NCBI RefSeq assembly: GCF_000019605.1
Contig: NC_010482.1
Span: 960,001 to 992,000, forward strand
DNA length: 32,000 bases
Direction of reading: 5' to 3'
From: Candidatus Korarchaeum cryptofilum OPF8
GTDB lineage: Archaea > Korarchaeota > Korarchaeia > Korarchaeales > Korarchaeaceae
This document shows, one piece after another, positions 25,087 through 32,000 of this stretch (position 1 is its first letter; each line of letters starts with the position of its first letter). The notes under the pieces were generated by a model. The model had not been told where the DNA came from and did no database searches. It saw only the letters and a list, made by a program, of their open reading frames with translations. The position numbers and the translations under genes are program-made.

Positions 25087-25857
25087 TTACGATTTTCGTA
25101 TAGCTCTCGGGATCTCGGTAGCGCATGGGATACCGACGGAGCACTTGCCGCAAGCATCGGCTTTCCCTAGAATCGGCCATTTTTCAGCGAAAGAGAGTAA
25201 TCTCTCATAACATTTTCCCTTCATCGACTTCCAATCGTTTAAAGCCCCTATAGGGCATCTCCTCAAGCAAGCATCGCAACTGTAACCGAGCTTCGCTAAG
25301 CAGTACTCATGCGTGGGCCTCTCCGACCTCTCTATAGGGGCCTCTGTTATTACCGTGCATATCCTAACAGCACATCCCCTCTCCGTTATGAGCAAGTTGT
25401 TCAAGCCGAAGGTCCCCAAGCCGCAGACGTAACCTGCATGCCTGTGACTCCAGCTCGCCCTAAGTTCTACGTCATCGAAGTCGTGCGTCGGCCTTAGAGG
25501 TAAACTATTATAACCTAAATTCTTAAGATATTCTGCTAATTTATAAGAAGCGTTCCATAGAATATCATTGGCAACAACATAGTCCCTCAACCATTCGAAA
25601 GATGGTTCATCCCCACTGATATTACTTCTTATCGCTTCATCGCTTATTGGGAGGGCGAACACTATGACACTCCTGGCCCCGTCTAAGAGTTCCCGAGGCA
25701 TCTTCATCCAAGGATGCAGGAGCTTTAGCTCGGCCCATAGGGGATCTTCCGCTCCTCCAACCGCTACTGGAGCAGGTAATCTGAATTTTATTCCCCTACT
25801 TGAGACTTCATCCTCTAAAATAGAGTTTATTAGGTTTTTGATCTTGAGCATCATCAC
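25087..25857 (-). CDS. 4Fe-4S protein, QueG/reductive-dehalogenase-like (COG1600-type)
   Basis: The core GLGTFGLNNLLITERGCAVRICTVITEAPI resembles the QueG core. Cys clusters are present: CDACLRRCP and CGKCSVGIPC. Confidence 0.5.
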   Translation of the reverse strand: MMMLKIKNLINSILEDEVSSRGIKFRLPAPVAVGGAEDPLWAELKLLHPWMKMPRELLDGARSVIVFALPISDEAIRSNISGDEPSFEWLRDYVVANDILWNASYKLAEYLKNLGYNSLPLRPTHDFDDVELRASWSHRHAGYVCGLGTFGLNNLLITERGCAVRICTVITEAPIERSERPTHEYCLAKLGYSCDACLRRCPIGALNDWKSMKGKCYERLLSFAEKWPILGKADACGKCSVGIPCATEIPRAIRKS

Positions 25858-27428
25858 GCCTGAGTGCCTTCGGGGGCCTGAACTACTCCTCCCTGAGCGG
25901 TCCCTCCAGCGCCTCTCCTGAGCAGCAATGCTAATATGAGGACCAGAAGGAGGAAAGCTATGGCTATCAGTAGATAGTCCGTAGTTGCGAGGCCCCTCTC
26001 AACTGTCAAAGTTACTGTCTCCCTCTTAGTTTCAGTTAAAGTAGTCGATTCTGTGAGCGTGGTCGTCTTAGTCGGCGTCTCCACCTGAGCGCCCTTAACG
26101 ATCACCCTGAAGTTAGTGGATGCCGATAATCCATCCATAGTAGCGACGAGAGATGCTGAATAATTCCCTTCCTTAGCATCAGTCAATGTCAAGTTTATTA
26201 CCCCCAATTGTCCCGGTCTGAGCTTCGGTGGTATGGAGTAACTTATCCCAGCGGGCAGCCCGAGTAGGGAGAGGGTAGCATCCTCTACCTCCCCACTGTA
26301 AGTAACTAGCACAGCTATCTGGGCCCTGGGGGAATCCTTCGTCAGTATTATTTCGTATGGAGCGGCAAATAATGATATTTTAGCTTGCTCAACGCTCTTC
26401 ACAATTACTACAACGCTTCTACTCTTCAAGAGGGTCTCCCCTTTGTATAACTCTATCCCTATGTTATAGGTCCCCTGTAGCGTGCCCTTAGGTACCGAGA
26501 TCCACAGCTGGACTGTGGAGGTCTCGTAGAACTTCGTCGGGTAGTAGCTCAGGTACCAGCCCTGCGGTGCGTAGACCCTAAGCGTTAGGGGATCCGGGCT
26601 CTTGCCACCCGGGATGCTTATCGTCACATCTACCTTAACGTTATCCTCAGGTTTCGCGACTAGAGTCAGCGGATAAACTATTAAATTTATGTTCTCAGGT
26701 CTGGGAGCCTCTAAGACAGTTAGAGTAGCGTAAGCCCTGTAACATGAACTTCCGCTGCACCCCTCGACCACTACGCTGTAATCCCCTGGGGCCATACCTG
26801 AAGTGTCTATAGAGAGCGTTGAGGAGTAGTAAGCGCAGGGCAGCGCTGGGCAGCATGAAGGAGGACATGTGGGACACATGGGATTGGGGGTGAATACATA
26901 GGATGTGCAGAGGGGACATATCAGCTTCAGGTATATCGGGCCTGTGAATCCATATGTCGGAGTGGCGTAAACTGTGAAGTTAGCCCTCTCGCCTCTGTAA
27001 ACGGATAGCCTGGATGGGGATATAGATAGGATGAACTGGGGCTCCGGTGGTAGGACCTCGACAGTCACTCCCTCATAAACTGATGCTCCTGTCGTATCCC
27101 TTCCCCTAACTGTTATGGTGTAAGTTCCAGGAGGAGTCTTCTCAGAAGTTATCACCTTCATTATCGTTGTCTCGACAACTCCTGGCTTGAGAGGATTGTC
27201 TAGGAAGCTGACAGAGCTATACGGAGGCTCATAGAAGACCGTGAGGTATACGTCGTTTGAGAAACCTGGATTCAGCTTTATCAGACTCACTGTGAAGCTA
27301 GCGGTCTCTCCAGCTCTTACCTTAGCGTAAGTCGGCGATATGATTATGTCGAAATCAACCGCGGAGAGCGGAATTAGGCTCAGGGTCAGCAGGAATATCA
27401 AGAGGAAGATATATAAGCTCTTGGGCAT
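25854..27428 (-). CDS. Surface protein with repeated NEW3/CARDB-like beta-sandwich domains, a Cys-rich insert, a Thr-rich stalk and a C-terminal TM anchor
   Basis: A signal peptide starts at the second Met (MPKSLYIFLLIFLLTLSLIPLSA). Repeated 'PGTYTITVRG / PGDYSVVVEG / QGTYNIGIEL / EGNYSASLVA' motifs are present. The stalk is TPTKTTTLTESTTLTETK and the anchor is YLLIAIAFLLLVLILALLLRR. The ORF-track start is 27467. Confidence 0.6.
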   Translation of the reverse strand: MPKSLYIFLLIFLLTLSLIPLSAVDFDIIISPTYAKVRAGETASFTVSLIKLNPGFSNDVYLTVFYEPPYSSVSFLDNPLKPGVVETTIMKVITSEKTPPGTYTITVRGRDTTGASVYEGVTVEVLPPEPQFILSISPSRLSVYRGERANFTVYATPTYGFTGPIYLKLICPLCTSYVFTPNPMCPTCPPSCCPALPCAYYSSTLSIDTSGMAPGDYSVVVEGCSGSSCYRAYATLTVLEAPRPENINLIVYPLTLVAKPEDNVKVDVTISIPGGKSPDPLTLRVYAPQGWYLSYYPTKFYETSTVQLWISVPKGTLQGTYNIGIELYKGETLLKSRSVVVIVKSVEQAKISLFAAPYEIILTKDSPRAQIAVLVTYSGEVEDATLSLLGLPAGISYSIPPKLRPGQLGVINLTLTDAKEGNYSASLVATMDGLSASTNFRVIVKGAQVETPTKTTTLTESTTLTETKRETVTLTVERGLATTDYLLIAIAFLLLVLILALLLRRGAGGTAQGGVVQAPEGTQA

Positions 27429-27510
27429 CAATACGCTGAGTGGGAGAAATTTATAAGTTTGATGCATGAGAAATTCCGATCCGCCTTAAAATATTTAGAT
27501 GATAGTCGAA

Positions 27511-28797
27511 TCATACTGAAAGGTAGCTCTCGTACTCAGCCTCACTCGGCCACTGGCTAAGTTCCATGACTTCCCTCCTCTTCATCTCCAAGTAACTTTC
27601 CAGCATATCGCTCTCGAAAACGGGCTTTAAGTAGGAATTATCGCTCTCTAATTCATCAAGAGCCTCATTTAAGCTTCTTGGAAGCCTTTTTAATCCCTCG
27701 TTTCTCTCATAGACGTTGAAGTCAGTCGGATCCCCTGGATCTATCTTCCTCCTTATTCCATCTATACCGGCCATGAAAGTAGCTGAGAAGGCCAAGTAAG
27801 GATTGCAGCTGGGATCCGGTACTCTGAACTCCATCCTCTTTGACCTCGGTGATCCCCTCTTATAAACTGGAATCCTTATGGCAGCGCTCCTATTTCCCCT
27901 TCCCCAACTCGCGTAAACGGGGGCCTCGAATCCGGGTACGAGCCTCCTGTAGCTGTTCACAGTGGGCGCGACTATAGCTGCGAGGGAGCCTATATGCTCT
28001 AAGATACCCCCTATGAAGTACCTAGCCAATTGGCTCAATTCAGCGTATTCATCATTCGGATCGTAGAATAAGTTCCCCTTATCATCCCATAAGCTCATGT
28101 GAAAGTGCATACCGCTTCCATTCATCCCAGGGACAGGCTTAGGCATGAATGTCGCTATTAGACCCATTTCCTTAGCTACTTCCCTTATCTCCCTCTTAGC
28201 CCTTATCGTGGAGTCAGCCGCCCTCAATAAGCTATCCGCAGCTAATGATACTTCGAGCTGGCCTGTTGATACCTCATGATGAATAACCTCCGGCTTGAGC
28301 TGAGCCCTGGATAGTCTCTCCATTGCCTCTATCTCAAAATCCCTGAGAGGATCGAGGGGCGGCGAGATCATGTAATTCTTCCTACCGTTCCAGCCATTAG
28401 AGATCGGTTTCAAATCCCCATCGAGGACGAAGAATTCCATCTCAACCCCCAAGTGACCTCTATACCCCTGTGAGAGCAGGAATTCCTCCGTTCTCCTCGC
28501 GATGAACCTCGGATCCTTAGATGACCTCCTGCTCCCCATCCCCTCCCATATCTCGCAGAGCATCCTGCAGTCTTCCCCTATCACTATCGATGTGGAGGGG
28601 TCAGGCACTAGGAGAGCGTCGCTATCGCTTATGCTCGATATCTTGACGCTACTGGAATCGAAGGATCCTGTTCTAGATTCCAAGAACTTCTCAGCCGATA
28701 GCAAGCAGCTCCTCAGGTAGCCGAGTATGTCCACGTACTCGAGCTCGACTCTCTTGATCTTCCCCTCAGAGATCTCGGACATCAATTCATCTAGCAT
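27511..28797 (-). CDS. glnA: Glutamine synthetase (type I, short archaeal form)
   Basis: GS motifs are present: EMEFFV, GSGMHFHMSLW, NSYRRLVPGFEAP, SWGRGNRSAAIR, NPYLA. Confidence 0.92.
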   Translation of the reverse strand: MLDELMSEISEGKIKRVELEYVDILGYLRSCLLSAEKFLESRTGSFDSSSVKISSISDSDALLVPDPSTSIVIGEDCRMLCEIWEGMGSRRSSKDPRFIARRTEEFLLSQGYRGHLGVEMEFFVLDGDLKPISNGWNGRKNYMISPPLDPLRDFEIEAMERLSRAQLKPEVIHHEVSTGQLEVSLAADSLLRAADSTIRAKREIREVAKEMGLIATFMPKPVPGMNGSGMHFHMSLWDDKGNLFYDPNDEYAELSQLARYFIGGILEHIGSLAAIVAPTVNSYRRLVPGFEAPVYASWGRGNRSAAIRIPVYKRGSPRSKRMEFRVPDPSCNPYLAFSATFMAGIDGIRRKIDPGDPTDFNVYERNEGLKRLPRSLNEALDELESDNSYLKPVFESDMLESYLEMKRREVMELSQWPSEAEYESYLSV

Positions 28798-28818
28798 GAG
28801 CCTCTAGGATAGCTCGCC

Positions 28819-28826
28819 TAATAAAT
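28819..28826 (-). promoter_or_regulatory. TATA-like box (minus strand atttatta) for glnA
   Basis: The box lies 22-29 nt upstream of ATG 28797, consistent with leaderless spacing. Confidence 0.35.
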
Positions 28827-28880
28827 CCATTACTGCTGAAATGAATGCAAAGGATGAAATTTGAGCATTTCCATGATTTC

Positions 28881-28911
28881 GGACCTCTATCTGTTCAAAA
28901 CATAGAGATCC
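28881..28911 (-). terminator. 10-bp stem / 11-nt loop hairpin just after the UDG stop
   Basis: The arms are ggacctctat (28881-90) and atagagatcc (28902-11). On the minus-strand RNA all 10 positions pair, one as a G-U wobble. The hairpin starts 11 nt after the stop at 28922. Confidence 0.25.
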
Positions 28912-28921
28912 TCAGGATTTC

Positions 28922-29503
28922 TCAGAACCATCCCTCTAATCCGCTCGAGATCAATGATTTCAGCTTCTCGAAGTCCTCCCTTATGAGGGGCTTCAGCCTC
29001 GGATTGTAGAGAGCGGCCGCTGGATGGAGGGTGGGCAGTACTTTCCGGATGGCCCCGAATACTTCGACCTCATATACCTTACCTCTAACTCTCAGTATGG
29101 AGATCTCCCCTATCCTCCCTAGGAGGACCCCAACGCTGTGCCTTCCCAATGGAACTAATATCTCGGGATCTATCAGCTCGATCTGAGCTTTGAGATATGG
29201 GAGGCACGCCTCTATCTCCTCGGGCCTTGGATCCCTATTATTGGGTGGCCTGCATTTCACGACGTTCGTTATGAATACATCCTGCCTCCTGAGCCCTATT
29301 GAGATTAACAGCTCCTCCAGCAGCTTACCCGCAGCCCCAACGAAGGGCCTCCCCATCTCATCCTCGTTCCTTCCCGGAGCTTCCCCAACGAACATTATCC
29401 TAGAATTTGGATTCCCCTCTCCAGGAACTGCCCTCTTTCTATTCAGGTGAAGAGGGCACTTTTCACATCTCAATATTTCCTCAGCTAAATCCTCGAGCCT
29501 CAA
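28922..29503 (-). CDS. udg: Family 4 uracil-DNA glycosylase (4Fe-4S)
   Basis: Family-4 motifs are present: CEKCPL, GEAPGRNEDEMGRPFVGAAGKLL, KCRPP, EACLPY, HPAAALY. Confidence 0.9.
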   Translation of the reverse strand: MRLEDLAEEILRCEKCPLHLNRKRAVPGEGNPNSRIMFVGEAPGRNEDEMGRPFVGAAGKLLEELLISIGLRRQDVFITNVVKCRPPNNRDPRPEEIEACLPYLKAQIELIDPEILVPLGRHSVGVLLGRIGEISILRVRGKVYEVEVFGAIRKVLPTLHPAAALYNPRLKPLIREDFEKLKSLISSGLEGWF

Positions 29504-30288
29504 ATTCTTACCCTAGCTATTGGAGGCATGGTCCTCTTGTGAGCGCTCCTAGAATGCATCTCCATCACTCTATCTACATCAGATCCGAACTCCTCCCTTA
29601 GAGAATCTATATCTATCCTGAGATCAAATAGGCCATGAAGAATCAGATCTATTCTTTCATACGGTATTCCTAATTCTTTTTCAGCCATCTGTCCCTCCCA
29701 AAGCCTTGGGCTGCTTGGTTTCCTTGCTATACGCTCTGGTAAGCCTAACCACTCTGCCATCCACCTGACTTGCGTCTTGTACAGGTCCCCGATGGGCAGG
29801 AGATCCGCTCCTCCATCCCCGTATTTAGTGAAGTATCCTATGAGAATCTCGCTCCTATCACCGCTCCCAGCGACTAGCAAGTTCCTCGAATTGGCCACGT
29901 AGTAAAGGAGGGACATCCTCACCCTAGCCCTCAGGTTCCCGAGGGCCAGCTTATGATCATGTACGTAAAATTCGGATCTCTCATAGGAATCTATAATATC
30001 GTCTATATCCCTCCTCCAGTATTTTATTTTGAGAGATTCCGCTAGATCTATAGCGTCCTTAATATCTTCCTCCGGAGTCACCCTAGTGTCAGGGAGTATC
30101 AGTCCGAATACCCTCTCGCTCCCCAGAGCATCGACGCAGAGCTTAGTCAGTACTGCTGAATCCACCCCTCCACTTATCCCCAGAACGATGCCCTCTGCTC
30201 TCGACCCCGCCACCATTCCCCTGATGAATCCGGATATTATCTCCTTAACTTTCCCCATGTCCAGCTTGAGGGATTCCAGGGTGAGCAT
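29500..30288 (-). CDS. nadE: NH3-dependent NAD+ synthetase
   Basis: The PP-loop ISGGVDS and the FTKYGDGGADLLPIGDLYKTQV motif are present. The gene has a 4-nt overlap with the udg start. Confidence 0.9.
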   Translation of the reverse strand: MLTLESLKLDMGKVKEIISGFIRGMVAGSRAEGIVLGISGGVDSAVLTKLCVDALGSERVFGLILPDTRVTPEEDIKDAIDLAESLKIKYWRRDIDDIIDSYERSEFYVHDHKLALGNLRARVRMSLLYYVANSRNLLVAGSGDRSEILIGYFTKYGDGGADLLPIGDLYKTQVRWMAEWLGLPERIARKPSSPRLWEGQMAEKELGIPYERIDLILHGLFDLRIDIDSLREEFGSDVDRVMEMHSRSAHKRTMPPIARVRI

Positions 30289-30446
30289 AGTACTTAACTA
30301 TCTCCCTTCTTTTTAATGATGAAGGAGGCTCGAATTTTAAAGGCGAGGTTCTCGATTCCTTTATAGCTCACCCCCTGAATCTACGGCTCAGACCTTGGGG
30401 AGGAACTTTTTTACGCTCTCATGCATCACGATACTGGTGCGTATCG

Positions 30447-31034
30447 ATGAACTGGCTTGGGGTCATCTCCCTTATCCTGTTCCTCTTAACGCTCACATCG
30501 ACTTGGTGGTGGATGGATTGCTACTTACCCAACATCGGCGGCTATTTCAAGTACAATGGTAACCCCATAACCTTCGTGTGGTCCTCGGGAAACAGATCAT
30601 CTCTCTCGCTATCCCTAGATATATTTAAGTGGCTATCTGAGGAGGGAAGGATCCCCCCAGGTGCATCTTACAGAATAGGCATCTCTAAATTCTTCTTAAT
30701 GTTATGCACGCTCTTCATCTCTCTATCCCTCCTCTTCACAATTTACGCGATATTCAGTAAGTCCTCAAGGGCTTATTTCATAGCTGCAGCATTTGCTTTC
30801 CTCTCCTTCCTTTTCTACGAGTTCTCCTTCCTCGCTCTAGAGGCTCCTAGGTCTGCTTTCCTCACGTTCCAATCGGATACAGGACAGAATTATGTGAGAT
30901 GGGGGGAGGGTATTGGGAAGTATTTGGCCCTCCTCCTGACAATAACGCTCGTAGCTTCCGGATTCCTGAACAGCTACATCTATGAGAGGCCAATTCCCAG
31001 GAGAAGGCCGAGGAGGGGCAGGGGATACTGGTGA
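30447..31034 (+). CDS. Hypothetical 4-TM membrane protein with an Arg-rich tail
   Basis: Four hydrophobic segments are present, and the C-terminus is PRRRPRRGRGYW. I recognise no family. Confidence 0.5.
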   Translation: MNWLGVISLILFLLTLTSTWWWMDCYLPNIGGYFKYNGNPITFVWSSGNRSSLSLSLDIFKWLSEEGRIPPGASYRIGISKFFLMLCTLFISLSLLFTIYAIFSKSSRAYFIAAAFAFLSFLFYEFSFLALEAPRSAFLTFQSDTGQNYVRWGEGIGKYLALLLTITLVASGFLNSYIYERPIPRRRPRRGRGYW

Positions 31035-31354
31035 TAGGTTCCCTGAGGAAGGAATTCGAGGAAGCTAAAAAGCTAGCAGCTCAAGATGAGGAGAGGGCAT
31101 TGAGCATCATCAGGGAAATATCGATACGCACGATGAAGCTCATGGCCCCTGAATGGGATTGTTCGATAAGCTTAGCTGAGTACTCAGCGACCAGAGGATA
31201 TCCTGATTTCTTCCTGGAGATGGCTGATAGGATAGAGGACTCATTCAAGTTCTGCCTAGAGGGATCGCAACTCAACTCTATTATAGCTTCCGCAGCTTTC
31301 CTGCTCAAGGTAGCTGAGAGGCTGCATTTGGGAGCGGAGAATGAGAGCCCTTAG
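31031..31354 (+). CDS. Hypothetical small helical cytosolic protein
   Basis: The GTG start overlaps the upstream TGA (GTGA). The composition is all-helical. I recognise no family. Confidence 0.4.
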   Translation: MIGSLRKEFEEAKKLAAQDEERALSIIREISIRTMKLMAPEWDCSISLAEYSATRGYPDFFLEMADRIEDSFKFCLEGSQLNSIIASAAFLLKVAERLHLGAENESP

Positions 31355-32000
31355 ATGAACCTTATCCTCTCGGAGCCCGCTATATCAGCGTATACCTCCA
31401 CGAACCTCTCGAACCTCGTCCCCCTTATCTTCTTCAGTAGGATCTCCTCTATCTGGAAGGTCCCGCTGGGGTCCTTCATCCCCACGGTTATCCTCAGGGG
31501 CTTCTCCTCACCCCTCCCTATATCGACCCTCTCCACAGCTAAAGCTGAGAACTTATGGATATCATGACGGCCCAATTGGAAGGGAATCCTAGCTCTCTCC
31601 TTCTCCATATCGCATCCATCGGCTGTCGCCACTATACCGGCTTCTAAGCTCGTGGGCTCGAACCTCCCCATGTGGCACATTATGGCTTCGTATATCATAC
31701 TGCCTATTTTAACGGCCTTCGAGCTATCATCGTAAAAATCGGAGAGTATCTCCTCTACGAATGGCTTAGCAAGGAAAACGCTGAGTATCTCATGCTCCTC
31801 TCTCATAATAGAGTTCCCTATGTCATGGAGGAAGCTGGCTGTCATGACTATGAGTTTAGAGTCCTCGAGATCGCGCCAATCCTCGTTGACCACCTCCTCA
31901 GATAATATGTCTAGGATCTTCAGGGAGTTCCTGGTGGTTATCATAGCGTGCATCATACCGTGATCGTTATACTTGAGCCTGTGAACGAGGACTATATTTG
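31351..32000 (-). CDS. HD-domain phosphohydrolase, 5'-partial (continues beyond the window end)
   Basis: The HD motif FLHDIGN is present, with an upstream His in HGMMHAM. The frame is open from 31957 to 32000 (NIVLVHRLKYNDHG), so the true start is outside the window. Confidence 0.7.
   Translation of the reverse strand, partial: NIVLVHRLKYNDHGMMHAMITTRNSLKILDILSEEVVNEDWRDLEDSKLIVMTASFLHDIGNSIMREEHEILSVFLAKPFVEEILSDFYDDSSKAVKIGSMIYEAIMCHMGRFEPTSLEAGIVATADGCDMEKERARIPFQLGRHDIHKFSALAVERVDIGRGEEKPLRITVGMKDPSGTFQIEEILLKKIRGTRFERFVEVYADIAGSERIRFI

Noticed and set aside
30316-30378. A C/D-box sRNA-like spacing: AUGAUGA at 30316-30322 and CUGA at 30375-30378, 63 nt in total.
   Set aside because: I see no recognisable internal D'/C' boxes and no terminal stem between the flanks. 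The 'C box' overlaps the likely TATA box (minus strand ttaaaaag) of nadE.
1-32000. A scan of the whole window for CRISPR arrays, IS or transposase genes, integrases, tRNA or rRNA genes, and long direct or inverted repeats.
   Set aside because: None was recognised by eye. The intergenic regions are short (mostly under 170 bp) except 1112-2001, which lacks regularly spaced repeats of about 30 bp and any tRNA-like cloverleaf. tRNAscan or Infernal and a self-dot-plot would be the decisive checks.

Overview
This window looks like an archaeal chromosomal segment. The evidence is AGG/ATA/GAG/CTC-rich codon usage, A/T-rich TATA-like boxes about 25-30 nt upstream of many ATGs (implying leaderless mRNAs), GGTGA-type SD sequences at internal operon genes, and many 1-17 nt start/stop overlaps. 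The style resembles Korarchaeota or Thermoproteota, but I cannot verify the organism. I support about 34 protein genes and found no rRNA, tRNA, CRISPR array or IS element. Most content is housekeeping: malic enzyme; an aromatic amino acid operon (aroC, a chorismate mutase-aminotransferase fusion, tyrA); speE; a nitrilase-superfamily hydrolase; alaX; a PPP phosphatase; a four-gene synthase/LeuC/LeuD/LeuB-type 2-oxoacid operon; glnA; family-4 UDG; and nadE. Interspersed are four large secreted or anchored surface proteins (transglutaminase-like, DNRLRE-like, CARDB, NEW3-like) and several small membrane proteins. The best candidate for an undescribed system is a tightly coupled pair at 18969-20319: a single-domain KaiC/RadC-like RecA-superfamily ATPase plus an Mrr/Hjc-like PD-(D/E)xK nuclease fused to a C-terminal HTH. 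Other items worth follow-up: a VirB2/TrbC-like small pilin candidate next to a CARDB surface protein; the chorismate mutase-aminotransferase fusion; the DRE-TIM synthase with RDGQQ instead of RDGEQ heading the LeuCDB-like operon; and a roughly 750-890 bp non-coding, extremely AT-rich island with 10-bp phased A-tracts. All functional calls rest on motif recognition by eye, with no database search run.
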